Below are positions 10,750 to 20,982 of a DNA stretch of 64,000 nucleotides, one piece after another. Source of the stretch: Thermodesulfobacteriota bacterium (lineage in GTDB: Bacteria; Desulfobacterota_D; UBA1144; Nemesobacterales; UBA2774); the NCBI GenBank assembly GCA_965216785.1, contig OZ244197.1, positions 960,001 through 1,024,000 on the forward strand. The letters are read 5' to 3'. Position numbers and translations under genes: made by a program. Within the stretch, counting starts at the first letter, position 1, and each line of letters begins with the position of its first letter. The notes under the pieces are model-generated. The model made no database searches, had not been told where the DNA came from, and worked only from the letters and a program-made list of their open reading frames with translations.

Positions 10750-10801
10750 TTAATTCCAGCTGAGATAGAGTGTAGCGTATAACTGGTTATGAGTGAAATC
10801 G

Positions 10802-11800
10802 TTACTTAGCTCCAATTTTAGACATAATTTTTTCGTCAACGCTAGCAGGAAGCGGAAGATAACCGTCTTTTACCACAACTTCCTGTCCCTCTTTACTTAA
10901 AACGTATTTTAAGAACTCGAGGCGGAGCGGATCGAGCTGCTGCTCAGGGTTCTTATTTACATAGAGATAGAGGTATCTTCCGAGCGGATATGCTTTGCTT
11001 ACAACGTTCTCAAGGTTAGGCGCTGCGCACGAGCCTGCTTCTTTGCCCAGCTCAAGTGCTTTAACGCCAGAGGTTTTGTAGCCGATTCCGCTGTATCCGA
11101 TAGCTGTAACGTCCTCTGTTATACCCTGAACGACCGATGCCGATCCCGGCTGCTCTTTTACGCTGTCCTTATAGTCGCCTTTACAAAGAGCTTTCTTTTT
11201 AAAGTAACCGTAGGTGCCTGAAGCGGAGTTTCTGCCGTAGATGCTTATCGGCTTATTAGCCCACTCGCCTGTTGCTCCGAGTTGGCCCCATGTGGTAATG
11301 TCTTCAGCACCGCCGCATTTTCTATTCTTGGAAAATACCGCGTCTACCTGATCAATCGTTAAGCAGCTGATGGGGTTATCTTTGTTTACGAAAACAGCCA
11401 GTGTGTCAATAGATGTAGGAACTTCAGTCGGCGGATAACCAAAAGCCTTTTCGAACTCGTCTACCTCTTTACTTTTCATGGCTCTTGACATTGGTCCGAA
11501 CTGAGCCGTTCCTTCGATTAATGCCGGAGGAGCTGTGCTTGAGCCCTTACCTTCGATCTGGCATTTTACGTTCGGATAATCCTTTGTGAATCCCTCACAC
11601 CATAGTGTCATAAGGTTATTCATGGTGTCAGAACCTACGCTATTGATATTCCCCGATACACCGCTGGTTTTGGTGTAAGAAGGGATAGCAGGGTCAACCT
11701 TAACAGGTTCATCTGCACTGCTTACATTCACGGCCAGTGCTACCAAGAATAATGCGGCACTTAGCAGTAAACTGCCTTTGATATATTTTTCTTTAACCAT
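10802..11800 (-). CDS. pstS: Phosphate-binding periplasmic protein
   Basis: Signal peptide, VGSDT, GKGSSTAPPAL, GRNSASGTY. Confidence 0.96.
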   Translation of the reverse strand: MVKEKYIKGSLLLSAALFLVALAVNVSSADEPVKVDPAIPSYTKTSGVSGNINSVGSDTMNNLMTLWCEGFTKDYPNVKCQIEGKGSSTAPPALIEGTAQFGPMSRAMKSKEVDEFEKAFGYPPTEVPTSIDTLAVFVNKDNPISCLTIDQVDAVFSKNRKCGGAEDITTWGQLGATGEWANKPISIYGRNSASGTYGYFKKKALCKGDYKDSVKEQPGSASVVQGITEDVTAIGYSGIGYKTSGVKALELGKEAGSCAAPNLENVVSKAYPLGRYLYLYVNKNPEQQLDPLRLEFLKYVLSKEGQEVVVKDGYLPLPASVDEKIMSKIGAK

Positions 11801-11849
11801 TTTCTACAACCTCCTATAGATTTTCTGAGTTAAGAGTTAACATCAGTAA

Positions 11850-11878
11850 TGTTAAGATTGTGTTAAGAGAGGATTAAA
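11850..11878 (-). promoter_or_regulatory. Pho box of the pst operon (three 11-bp-spaced direct repeats)
   Basis: Minus strand TTTAATC-ctct-CTTAACA-caat-CTTAACA about 50 bp upstream of pstS; OmpR/PhoB-type periodicity with a TTAACA core. Confidence 0.8.
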
Positions 11879-11982
11879 CGCCAATTAACTGTTTGGGCTA
11901 ATAAATAGCGGGCATGTTATGATATATTTTATAAGAAACAACTCAAATGCCCATTATTATAGAGGTAATCCGATTTAATATT

Positions 11983-12011
11983 TTGAGAATTAAATCTTGT
12001 AGCTGTATAAT
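11983..12011 (+). promoter_or_regulatory. Sigma70-type promoter
   Basis: TTGAGA-17bp-TATAAT upstream of a small ORF and gntK. Confidence 0.7.
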
Positions 12012-12063
12012 GTCGGGTGTTTGTAAATTGCTGTAAAAATAATATCAGTCCGGAGAAACCAGA

Positions 12064-12141
12064 ATGCGTCTACATTTAACGATTATTTCTCTTTTATTGC
12101 TAACTCTCTTTATTACCGCCTGCAGATGCGATGTCGGCTAG
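12064..12141 (+). CDS. 25-aa small ORF resembling a lipoprotein signal peptide (micro-lipoprotein or remnant)
   Basis: GGAG RBS; MRLHLTIISLLLLTLFITACRCDVG* with lipobox-like ITAC. Confidence 0.45.
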   Translation: MRLHLTIISLLLLTLFITACRCDVG

Positions 12142-12192
12142 TAAAAGAATGAAGATTACATTATTGGCTGATATTTCAGCAGGCCTCAATAA

Positions 12193-12669
12193 ATGGTAAT
12201 TATCCTGATCGGTGTTGCCGGGTCAGGTAAAACTACAATAGGAAAGCTCCTGGCTAAAAGAATCGGCTGGAGTTTCTACGACGCCGACGATTTCCATCCC
12301 GAATCCAATATTGAAAAAATGTCACGGGGAGTTCCGCTCACAGACGAAGACCGGATACCCTGGCTCGAGTCCATTAGGAAGTTCATTGACGAGAGGGATG
12401 AGCAGATGGTGTTCGCCTGCTCTGCGCTTAAAAAGACCTACCGCGACTTTCTTAGAAAAAGCAGGGCAAAGATCGAGTTCATTTATCTCAAGGGCGAAAA
12501 AGAGGTAATACTCCACAGACTAGAGGACAGAAAAGGCCACTTTGCGGGCGCAGACCTTCTACAAAGCCAGCTCGAAGATTTGGAAGAGCCCAAAAATGTG
12601 CTCACCGAGGAAATAACCCAAAACCCCCAAGCCATAGTCGCAGACATTATAAAGCTCCTTGATGTATAG
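12193..12669 (+). CDS. gntK: Gluconokinase (GntK/IdnK type)
   Basis: GVAGSGKTT, DADDFHP, PLTDEDRIPWL, ACSALK. Confidence 0.93.
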   Translation: MVIILIGVAGSGKTTIGKLLAKRIGWSFYDADDFHPESNIEKMSRGVPLTDEDRIPWLESIRKFIDERDEQMVFACSALKKTYRDFLRKSRAKIEFIYLKGEKEVILHRLEDRKGHFAGADLLQSQLEDLEEPKNVLTEEITQNPQAIVADIIKLLDV

Positions 12670-12685
12670 AGATATTCCCTGTTTA

Positions 12686-12714
12686 TCATCCTGAACTCGT
12701 TTCAGGATCTCATC
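12686..12714. repeat. REP-like palindrome, copy 1
   Basis: TCATCCTGAACTCGTTTCAGGATCTCATC; one mismatch to the copy at 20881; lies between convergent genes. Confidence 0.8.
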
Positions 12715-12723
12715 CTCAGCCTT

Positions 12724-13578
12724 TTACTTTATTTTCTCTTTCAAACTTTTTGCCTTAGTAAGCTCATCCAATAAAGCGCTCTCATCTCCCTTCTCAATAG
12801 CGTCCTTAATCCTCTCGAGCGCTTGCTGAAACCTGGATATAGCCTCAAGCGTTGGGCTGCTGTTAGCCTGGAATATGCTGACCCACATCTCAGGAGAGCT
12901 TGCTGCGATCCTTGTGTAGTCCTTTAGTCCCCCGCCGGCAAAATCAAAAAGCTCTCCGTTATTCTCAGCGGAGAGAACGGAGTTAATAAGCGCGTACGCG
13001 ACCACGTGCGGCAGGTGGCTCACGGCTCCGAAAATTCGGTCGTGCGCGACCGCGTCCATTTCAAATACGTTCGCGCCCACAGCCTCCCACATCGACGCTA
13101 CAGTTTTCAGGGCTTCTTTATTAGTATTTTCAGTTGGAGTGAGTATGCATCTTCTTCCTTTAAAGAGTCCCGGGCTGCCTGATCTAACGCCCGAATTCTC
13201 AGTGCCCGCGATTGGGTGGCCGCCGACGAAGTTTAGGTAAGATGGCAGAATTCCGTCTACATCATGCAGAACCTTTTCTTTAACGCTCCCTGTATCAGTG
13301 ATAACGGCTCCTTTCGGCGCAGTTGAAGATGCGGATATTGCAGTCTCTTTTATAGCTCCCAGGTGTGTAGCGATCACTATTATATCCGCAATACGTGAAC
13401 ACTCTTTAATATCAGTGGATCCTTCGTCGATAATGTGCTCCGTTACTGCATATTCTACAGAGTCCTTATCCCTATCGACTCCTGATATTGTCTCAGCAAA
13501 ATCAGATTCCTTCAGCGCCCGGGCGAGCGAGCCGCCTATCAGGCCGAGCCCCACTATTGTGATTTTTTTTACCGACAT
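12724..13578 (-). CDS. tyrA: Prephenate/arogenate dehydrogenase
   Basis: GLGLIGGSLA, DTGSVK, GGHPIAGTE, SHLPH. Confidence 0.95.
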   Translation of the reverse strand: MSVKKITIVGLGLIGGSLARALKESDFAETISGVDRDKDSVEYAVTEHIIDEGSTDIKECSRIADIIVIATHLGAIKETAISASSTAPKGAVITDTGSVKEKVLHDVDGILPSYLNFVGGHPIAGTENSGVRSGSPGLFKGRRCILTPTENTNKEALKTVASMWEAVGANVFEMDAVAHDRIFGAVSHLPHVVAYALINSVLSAENNGELFDFAGGGLKDYTRIAASSPEMWVSIFQANSSPTLEAISRFQQALERIKDAIEKGDESALLDELTKAKSLKEKIK

Positions 13579-13582
13579 TTTC

Positions 13583-14671
13583 TTATCCCTTCAAAACTTT
13601 CTTGAGTGCCTCTATAAATCTCACATTTTCGTCCATCTGACCAACTGTAACCCTAAGATGAGTTTTCAGCCCATACCCCGCTACAGGTCTTACAATAACC
13701 CCTTGTTTTAAAAGCGAGTTATATACGGGCATCGGGTCAGACTCAAGGTCTATGAGTATGAAGTTCGTATACGTGGGCGCCGATTTGATACCCAATTCAC
13801 CAAGCTCAGAAGACAAGTACTTAAGCCCTTTCTGGTTTATCTCTTTAGACCTTGCAATATGCTCTTTGTCATCAAGCGCGGCTATGCCGCCTGCCTGCGC
13901 GAGGGAGCTTACGTTGAAGGGGTGTCTTACGCGCTGCATTTGAGATACGATCTTTTCATTCCCAACGCCGTAGCCGAGCCTGATACCGGCAAGCCCGTAT
14001 ATCTTTGAGAAGGTCCTGACAGTTAATATGGACTTACCGCTTCCGTGATACTCCAGCGTGTCCGGGTAGTCCGGGTCCTCTACGTATTCAAAGTAAGCCT
14101 CGTCAAACACTACCAGTACGTCCTCGGGCACACTGTCTATAAACCATTCAATCTCGGCTCTTTTTACCATAGTCCCCGTAGGGTTATTCGGGTTAGCGAT
14201 GAATACAATCTTGGTTCTCTCGGTTATTCTCGAGTGCATATCCCGCAGGTCATGCGTATAATCCAGCATAGGGGAAATCACCGCGTTTGCCCCGACTGCC
14301 TGAGTCGCTAACGGGTAGACGATAAACCCGTACTCGCCCATAATAGCCTCATCCCCCGAGTACATGAATGTTCGCGCGGCTATATCCAGCACGTCGTTTG
14401 ATCCGTTCCCGAATATTATCGTCTCTTCTTTTATCCCCAGCTTCCCGGCGAGTTTTTGTTTCAGATAAAAAGAGTCTCCGTCCGGATAGCGGTGCGTCTC
14501 ACCCAGCGATTCTTCCATAGCTTTCAGCGCCAGCGGGGATGGGCCCAATGGGTTTTCATTTGAGGCTATCTTTATTGCGCCCGATATTCCCAGCTCCCGC
14601 TCGAGCTCTTCGACTGGCTTTCCGGGCACATAGGGGATTAGGTTTTCTATATGAGGCTTAGGTTTTATCAT
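13583..14671 (-). CDS. hisC: Histidinol-phosphate aminotransferase
   Basis: SNENPLGPSP, NPNNPTG, DEAY, RTFSKIYGLAGIRLGY. Confidence 0.96.
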   Translation of the reverse strand: MIKPKPHIENLIPYVPGKPVEELERELGISGAIKIASNENPLGPSPLALKAMEESLGETHRYPDGDSFYLKQKLAGKLGIKEETIIFGNGSNDVLDIAARTFMYSGDEAIMGEYGFIVYPLATQAVGANAVISPMLDYTHDLRDMHSRITERTKIVFIANPNNPTGTMVKRAEIEWFIDSVPEDVLVVFDEAYFEYVEDPDYPDTLEYHGSGKSILTVRTFSKIYGLAGIRLGYGVGNEKIVSQMQRVRHPFNVSSLAQAGGIAALDDKEHIARSKEINQKGLKYLSSELGELGIKSAPTYTNFILIDLESDPMPVYNSLLKQGVIVRPVAGYGLKTHLRVTVGQMDENVRFIEALKKVLKG

Positions 14672-14743
14672 ATTTTCATTCGAACTTAATTGAATATTAT
14701 CGCGGGTTAGGGTTATAAATCAATCGGTCAGGTTATAACAAGC

Positions 14744-15064
14744 TCAATTGAATAAATCCTTGGTAGAATAGGCGCCTTTATTGAACCCCGTGAAAAACTC
14801 CTTAACTAAAGGGTGTTTAACGGGCCGTCCTGACTCATCGGGCTCAAGATTCCTCTCTGCTACGTATGTTAGATGCGAAGCGCCGTCAACGAGTACGTGA
14901 TACCAGGGCTTGTCCTTTGGCGGCCTCGATAACGCTACCTGCTCGTACCACTCCTCCGTACCCGAAAATACAGGGTCTACGTCCACAATAACGCCCCTAT
15001 AGTCAAAGAGTCTGTGGTGAATTACCTGCCCAATTGAGAATTTCACTCTATCAAGTTCTGTCAT
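14744..15064 (-). CDS. hspQ: Heat shock protein HspQ (YccV-like domain)
   Basis: KFSIGQVIHHRLFDYRGVIVDVDP, PWYHVLV, TYVAERNL. Confidence 0.92.
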   Translation of the reverse strand: MTELDRVKFSIGQVIHHRLFDYRGVIVDVDPVFSGTEEWYEQVALSRPPKDKPWYHVLVDGASHLTYVAERNLEPDESGRPVKHPLVKEFFTGFNKGAYSTKDLFN

Positions 15065-15190
15065 GATTATATCTGCACCGTTTAATCAACAGATGGCTGA
15101 CAATATTCTATTCTGCTAAGCCCGCCTGCGCAAGGAATTCTCTTCTTAAATTGAGACTTTCAGAGCGAGACGATATAATCTCTTTACACC

Positions 15191-17803
15191 ATGGCAAGCC
15201 AAACCCCCATGCTAAAGCAGTACAATGAGATAAAAAGAGAATATCCGGACGCGATTCTGTTCTTCCGGCTTGGGGATTTCTATGAGATGTTTTATGACGA
15301 TGCCAAAGTGGCCTCAAAAGTTCTCGGTATAGCTCTCACTTCCAGGAACAAATCGGACAAGAATCCTGTTCCCCTTTGCGGGGTTCCTCACCATAGCGCC
15401 GAGCCATACCTTGCCAAGCTCCTGCAAAGCGGACACCGTGTGGCTGTATGCGAGCAGGTAGAGGACCCAAAGAGCGCAAAGGGCGTTGTTAAGAGAAAAG
15501 TGGTACGGGTGCTCACACCGGGCGCAATTCTCGATTCTGAAAAACTCGACTCAAAATCCAATAATTTTCTCGCAAGCGTATGCGTAGATAAATCCTCATA
15601 CGCAAATAAAGTGAAGTACGGGCTGGCCTATACGGATATTTCCACAGGGGCTTTCCGCGTGACTTCATTTATGAATCTTGAAGACCTGACAGATGAGCTC
15701 CTTCAAGTTGAGCCAAGCGAGATACTACTTCCAGACGACCTCTACCAGGGCGAGGTCTTGAGCGTTTCGGTTATATCCTCGCTAAACCCCGTAATCACTC
15801 CCCTTGATTCATGGGTATGGGATCAAGACCGTGCCGAAGAGCTGCTAACGGAGCATCTCAAAGTAAAGTCGCTGAAACCTTTCGGGCTTGATGGAAAACC
15901 CGAATCTATCTCAGCTTCTGGAGCGCTAATTCATTATCTGATAGAAACCCAAATGGACGATATGCCCCCGCTCGACGAGCCCGGCTATTATGAGAAAACC
16001 GAGTATCTTCTTATAGACGAGTCCTCAAAGAGAAACCTCGAGCTCCTTAAGTCAAACTCCGGCGAGGCCGCAGAGGGCACGCTCCTATCGGTACTTGACC
16101 ATACAAGCACTCCTATGGGGGGGAGGCTCCTTAAGCACAGGATTGTCAACCCAATTAAAGACAAGAAAAAGATAGAGGAGAGGCTCGACGCTTTAGAAGA
16201 GCTGCACAAGTCTCCGAAGCTGCTAAAAGAGCTCAGGGATACGCTCGGCCAGATAAGCGACATTGAAAGACTAATAGGCAGGATCTCGACAACCTCTGGA
16301 AGGCCAAGGGATCTTGGCGCCTTAAGAGACTCTTCCCTATACATAGCTAAGCTCAAGAGCGCTCTGTCGAAAGATTCTGGGGTATTGGGGGCCATCGGCA
16401 AAGATTTAGACGAGCTTACGGACCTGCGCTCTACAATTGAGAAATGCTTAGTAGATGAGCCGCCTGTATCCCCAAATGACGGAGGCATAATCCGTCAAGG
16501 CGTCAGCTCCGAGCTCGATGAGCTCCGGACGATAAGAAAAGACGGCAAGAACTGGATTGCCGAGCTTGAAAGCAGGGAAAGAGAGGCAACCGGCGTAAAA
16601 ACGCTCAAAGTAGGCTACAACCGCGTGTTCGGCTATTATATCGAAGTCTCTAAAGCAAATTCAGCCTCTGTCCCGGAAAATTTCATCAGAAAACAGACGC
16701 TAGTAAACGCAGAGCGCTTTATTACTGACGAGCTAAAGGAGTTTGAAGACAAGATACTCGGGGCCGAGGAGAAAATACTTGAAATAGAAAGGGAGCTCTT
16801 TCAGCAGTTAAGAGTAAAAATCGCCCGTGAGTCGGAGCGCGTTAGAAAGTCGGCTTCTATTATTGCCGATATAGACGTCTTCTGCGCCCTTTCAGAGGCG
16901 GCTCAGAAATACGGCTACGTTCGCCCCGTGATTACGGACTCAAAGGTTTTAGAGCTTAAAAATAACCGCCACCCCGTGGTCGAAAGGATGGAGCTTGGCG
17001 AGCGGTTCGTTCCGAACGACATCAGGCTGGACGGTGATGACAGCCAGTTCCTTCTCATCACAGGCCCTAACATGGCGGGTAAATCCACCCTCATACGCCA
17101 GGTAGCGCTCACCGTGCTCATGGCTCAGATGGGGAGCTTCGTTCCCGCGGACAGTGCCGAGATCGGGCTCACAGACAGGATCTTCACCCGTGTGGGGGCT
17201 ACCGACAACCTGATGAAAGGCCAGTCCACTTTCATGGTGGAGATGGTCGAGACCGCATATATTCTCAGAAACGCAACCGGGCAGAGCCTTGTAATATTGG
17301 ATGAAATTGGTAGGGGCACCAGCACCTTTGACGGCATGAGCATCGCCTGGGCGGTTTCAGAGTATCTGCACGACAAAGGCTCCCGCACCCTATTCGCCAC
17401 CCACTACCACGAGCTTGCAGAGCTCGCCATGTCCAAGAGCAGGACGAAGAACTACAACATATACGTAAAGGAAAGCGGCGATAAGATAGTATTTTTAAGA
17501 AAGCTCATCCCCGGTGCCGCGAGCCACAGCTACGGTATTCAGGTCGCAAAGCTCGCCGGAGTGCCGGAAATAGTAATAAAAAACGCCAGAAAAGTGCTCA
17601 CTAACTTAGAGAAATCCCAGGAAGGGCTCAAGACTTCCATACTCGGAGGCCAAATCTCTCTTTTCAATGACAACGGTGGCAGCGATAACAATGAGCCCGA
17701 TCCCGTGCTCGAAGAGCTAAAGGAGATCGACACCAACTCCATCACCCCGCTCGACGCGCTCACCAAGCTCGCTGAGCTTAAAAAGAAACTCGAGGGTACG
17801 TAA
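15191..17803 (+). CDS. mutS: DNA mismatch repair protein MutS
   Basis: GDFYEMF, TGPNMAGKST, STFMVEM, DEIGRGTST, SYGIQVA. Confidence 0.98.
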   Translation: MASQTPMLKQYNEIKREYPDAILFFRLGDFYEMFYDDAKVASKVLGIALTSRNKSDKNPVPLCGVPHHSAEPYLAKLLQSGHRVAVCEQVEDPKSAKGVVKRKVVRVLTPGAILDSEKLDSKSNNFLASVCVDKSSYANKVKYGLAYTDISTGAFRVTSFMNLEDLTDELLQVEPSEILLPDDLYQGEVLSVSVISSLNPVITPLDSWVWDQDRAEELLTEHLKVKSLKPFGLDGKPESISASGALIHYLIETQMDDMPPLDEPGYYEKTEYLLIDESSKRNLELLKSNSGEAAEGTLLSVLDHTSTPMGGRLLKHRIVNPIKDKKKIEERLDALEELHKSPKLLKELRDTLGQISDIERLIGRISTTSGRPRDLGALRDSSLYIAKLKSALSKDSGVLGAIGKDLDELTDLRSTIEKCLVDEPPVSPNDGGIIRQGVSSELDELRTIRKDGKNWIAELESREREATGVKTLKVGYNRVFGYYIEVSKANSASVPENFIRKQTLVNAERFITDELKEFEDKILGAEEKILEIERELFQQLRVKIARESERVRKSASIIADIDVFCALSEAAQKYGYVRPVITDSKVLELKNNRHPVVERMELGERFVPNDIRLDGDDSQFLLITGPNMAGKSTLIRQVALTVLMAQMGSFVPADSAEIGLTDRIFTRVGATDNLMKGQSTFMVEMVETAYILRNATGQSLVILDEIGRGTSTFDGMSIAWAVSEYLHDKGSRTLFATHYHELAELAMSKSRTKNYNIYVKESGDKIVFLRKLIPGAASHSYGIQVAKLAGVPEIVIKNARKVLTNLEKSQEGLKTSILGGQISLFNDNGGSDNNEPDPVLEELKEIDTNSITPLDALTKLAELKKKLEGT

Positions 17804-17858
17804 TCCTTCTTATAAACTGTGCTATATTATTAGATAAGAATGTTTTCGGGAGGAAAAA

Positions 17859-18332
17859 ATGAGGAAATCCCTATTAACACCGATCCTTTTTATAGTAATC
17901 AGCTTTGTTTTTACTCTCAGTGCCGCTGCTCAAGTATTCACGGTTAACGACTCGGGCGGCCCTAGCTATCTTTATGTGCTCAGTAGTACGTCCGGAAAGA
18001 TGAAGGATGACACTCTCATACTCAACGGAGTGCCCAGCGTTGTTTACTTCTCTGACCGACCAAGCAGAATTGCCGGTCACGAAAGCGTCAGTGACTTTGT
18101 GGAGCTTTGGAATAAATCCTCAGACAGCTTTAAGGCCGATCCCCCGAACGCGACGCTTTCAATTCTGGACGTTGCTGAAAATATTGTAGTTGAGCTGATG
18201 AGTGTCGAGGATAAGGACGACTCGGTTACTTTTAAAGTCCGCGTACTTCAAGGACAAGCTCCCAAGACCTTTTCAAATTCTTCGCTATTTATAGATGAAT
18301 TTCATTTTGGTCCCAATCCCGGTGACGGTTAG
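17859..18332 (+). CDS. Secreted hypothetical protein
   Basis: GGGAGG RBS, signal peptide ending AAA, beta-rich body with YFSDRPxRxAG and FKADPPNA segments. Confidence 0.75.
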   Translation: MRKSLLTPILFIVISFVFTLSAAAQVFTVNDSGGPSYLYVLSSTSGKMKDDTLILNGVPSVVYFSDRPSRIAGHESVSDFVELWNKSSDSFKADPPNATLSILDVAENIVVELMSVEDKDDSVTFKVRVLQGQAPKTFSNSSLFIDEFHFGPNPGDG

Positions 18333-18345
18333 CTCGGTTACTATT

Positions 18346-18708
18346 ATGAAAGACAGCCGTACAATCGGGCAGCATGGCGAGGATATCGCCTCAAAGGCCC
18401 TAAAGCGGAGTAAGTACAAGATTCTCGAAAGGAATTTCCGGTGCCGTCAGGGGGAGATAGATATTATCGCAGAGGATAAAGATGGAGTTCTCTGCTTTGT
18501 AGAAGTGAAGGCCCGCTCATCAGACGCATTCGGCCGTCCCGAGGAGGTAGTTAACAGCCATAAGCAGAGAAGGCTCACAGCGGCGGCTTACGTGTATCTC
18601 GAGAAGAACCGCTTGGAGCTGCGGAATATGCGCTTTGATATAGTCTCCGTTAATCTTAATTCAGGGGAATCAACCATACTCAAAAACGCGTTTGAAGTAG
18701 GTTATTAG
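18346..18708 (+). CDS. yraN: YraN family (UPF0102) protein
   Basis: GQHGEDIA, ERNFR, GEIDII, FVEVKAR, RFDIV; start moved to ATG 18346. Confidence 0.92.
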   Translation: MKDSRTIGQHGEDIASKALKRSKYKILERNFRCRQGEIDIIAEDKDGVLCFVEVKARSSDAFGRPEEVVNSHKQRRLTAAAYVYLEKNRLELRNMRFDIVSVNLNSGESTILKNAFEVGY

Positions 18709-18824
18709 GATAGATTTTTCCTCCCACCTCTTGACACAAACGATTTCATGCATAGTTTATATCTGTTTTTATAACGATGGGTTTGCTGTAACTTAATAAT
18801 TTCAATCTCAGGAGGCATTACAAT

Positions 18825-19118
18825 ATGGGTGTAAGACCACTTCAAGATAAAGTGTTGGTAAAAAGAATAGACGTTCCGGATACAACGGAGGGCGGAATCA
18901 TCATCCCCGATACATCTGGAGACAAACCGCTTGAAGGCGTAGTGGAAGCCGTTGGACCCGGCAGGGTTAATCCCGACGGAAGCGTAACACCGCTAGAAGT
19001 AAAAAAGGGTGACAGTGTTCTGTTTGCTATGTATGCGGGTAGCGAAATCACGCTCAAAGGTAAAGACCACATAATCCTTAATGAAAATGACATCTTAGCA
19101 GTAATCTTAGATCAATAA
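18825..19118 (+). CDS. groES: Co-chaperonin
   Basis: [29 protein letters not shown]. Confidence 0.97.
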   Translation: MGVRPLQDKVLVKRIDVPDTTEGGIIIPDTSGDKPLEGVVEAVGPGRVNPDGSVTPLEVKKGDSVLFAMYAGSEITLKGKDHIILNENDILAVILDQ

Positions 19119-19138
19119 TAAAAGGAGGCAACAAACAA

Positions 19139-20788
19139 ATGGCAGCAAAGGAAATTAAATTTGACAGAGAGGCTCAGGAGGCAGTACTGAGCGGAGTAAA
19201 CCAGCTGGCAAACGCGGTAAAAGCCACACTGGGCCCCAGGGGTAGAAACGTACTTATAGAAAAGACATTCGGCGCCCCCGTGGTAACCAAGGACGGCGTA
19301 ACGGTAGCCAAAGAGATAGAGCTAGAGGACAAGTTCGAGAACATGGGCGCTCAGATGGTAAAAGAGGTAGCGTCGCGCACAAGTGACGTAGCCGGAGACG
19401 GCACGACGACGGCGACAGTGCTTGCACAGGCAATATTCCGCGAGGGCATTAAACTCGTAGCCGCGGGCCATGACCCGATGAAACTCAAAAGGGGCATAGA
19501 CAAAGCCGTAGAGGTAGTGGTAGAGAGCATCCGTAAGCAGAGTAAGCAGGTAAAGGGCAGAACAGAAATAGCCCAGGTAGCTACGGTATCCGCAAACGGC
19601 GATGCGACTATCGGTAACATCATCGCGGACGCAATGGAAAAAGTTGGTAAAGACGGCGTAATCACCGTAGAAGAGGGAAGAAGCCTCGACACAGAGCTTG
19701 ACGTGGTTGAGGGAATGCAGTTTGACAGAGGCTACCTAAGCCCCTACTTCGTAACAGAGCCTGAGAAGATGCAGATCGAGCTCGAAGACCCTGTCATCTT
19801 AATGTACGACAAAAAAATCTCCAACATGAAAGACCTGGTACCTCTCCTTGAGGAAGTAGCCAGGAGCACCAAGCCTCTTTTAGTAATGGCAGAGGACATA
19901 GAGGGCGAGGCTCTCGCAACACTCGTAGTGAACAAGATCAGAGGCACGCTTAAAGTGGCCGCAATAAAAGCCCCTGGGTTTGGCGACAGACGTAAGTCAA
20001 TGCTAGAGGACATAGCGATACTCACAGGCGGTAAAGTGGTAGCCGAAGAGGTTGGTATGAAGCTAGAGGGCACAAAGCTCACCGATCTTGGAAGAGCAAA
20101 GAAAGTAGTAATAGATAAAGACAACACGACAATAGTTGGCGGAGCAGGCAAGAAGGGCGAGATCGAAGGAAGAATAAAACAGATCAAAGCCCAGGTAGAC
20201 AATGCTTCAGGTGAGTATGACCGTGAGAAGCTCCAGGAGCGTCTCGCGAAGCTCGCAGGCGGAGTAGCGGTAATAAGAGTAGGAGCAGCTACAGAGGCCG
20301 AGATGAAAGAGAAGAAAGCAAGAGTGGAGGACGCACTGAACGCTACAAGAGCCGCGGTAGAAGAGGGGATAGTCCCCGGTGGCGGCGTAGGGTTCATAAG
20401 AGCCATTAAAGCGGTAGACGCGTTCACCGGAGCTGACGAAGAGGAGAAAGCGGGAGTACGTATAGTTAAGCGAGTTCTCGAAGAGCCTTTAAGGGGCATA
20501 GCGGGCAACGCAGGCTGGGACGGCTCCATAGTAGTAGGCAAAGTGAGCGAGGCCAAGGGCCCTGAGGGGTTTGACGCAGGCAAGCTAGAGTACACAGACC
20601 TCATAGCAGCCGGCATCATCGATCCTGCGAAGGTAAGTAGGAGCGCCATCCTTAACGCATCCTCAGTAGCAGGACTCCTCCTAACAACAGAAGCGCTCGT
20701 TGCTGAAAAACCTCATCCGGAAGAGGCTGGCGGTGGAATGCCAGGTGGTATGCCGGGCGGAATGGGCGGAATGCCGGGAATGATGTAA
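19139..20788 (+). CDS. groEL: Chaperonin
   Basis: [24 protein letters not shown] tail. Confidence 0.99.
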   Translation: MAAKEIKFDREAQEAVLSGVNQLANAVKATLGPRGRNVLIEKTFGAPVVTKDGVTVAKEIELEDKFENMGAQMVKEVASRTSDVAGDGTTTATVLAQAIFREGIKLVAAGHDPMKLKRGIDKAVEVVVESIRKQSKQVKGRTEIAQVATVSANGDATIGNIIADAMEKVGKDGVITVEEGRSLDTELDVVEGMQFDRGYLSPYFVTEPEKMQIELEDPVILMYDKKISNMKDLVPLLEEVARSTKPLLVMAEDIEGEALATLVVNKIRGTLKVAAIKAPGFGDRRKSMLEDIAILTGGKVVAEEVGMKLEGTKLTDLGRAKKVVIDKDNTTIVGGAGKKGEIEGRIKQIKAQVDNASGEYDREKLQERLAKLAGGVAVIRVGAATEAEMKEKKARVEDALNATRAAVEEGIVPGGGVGFIRAIKAVDAFTGADEEEKAGVRIVKRVLEEPLRGIAGNAGWDGSIVVGKVSEAKGPEGFDAGKLEYTDLIAAGIIDPAKVSRSAILNASSVAGLLLTTEALVAEKPHPEEAGGGMPGGMPGGMGGMPGMM

Positions 20789-20827
20789 GAAGTATCTAAA
20801 AGAAAAACAAATTCAGTTGAAAAAGTT

Positions 20828-20865
20828 AAGCGGGCTTTCCTGTCTTAGGTCAGCCCGCTTTTTTT
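20828..20865 (+). terminator. Rho-independent terminator of groESL
   Basis: AAGCGGGCT...AGCCCGCTT followed by a T-run. Confidence 0.85.
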
Positions 20866-20880
20866 ATGATATTTACCTTG

Positions 20881-20963
20881 TCATCCTGAACTTGTTTCAG
20901 GATCTCATCTTTTGTCCTTTTTCCCCTCCCCCCAGCGTGGGGGAGGATTAAAGGTGGGGGGGG
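20881..20963. repeat. REP-like palindrome copy 2 plus a CCCTCCCCC/GGGGGAGG hairpin
   Basis: TCATCCTGAACTTGTTTCAGGATCTCATC at 20881-20909, then CCCTCCCCCCAGCGTGGGGGAGG...GGTGGGGG at about 20923-20963. Confidence 0.75.
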
Positions 20964-20982
20964 AATCTGTTGCTATATTCAA

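Noticed and set aside
18709-18824. CIRCE element upstream of groES
   Set aside because: No TTAGCACTC-N9-GAGTGCTAA present; only a TTGACA-type promoter is visible
19744-20649. 301-aa antisense ORF within groEL
   Set aside because: Shadow ORF from codon bias of a highly expressed gene; low-complexity Ser/Pro/Ala product
20728-20785. Short tandem repeat at the end of groEL
   Set aside because: Ordinary GGM tail of GroEL
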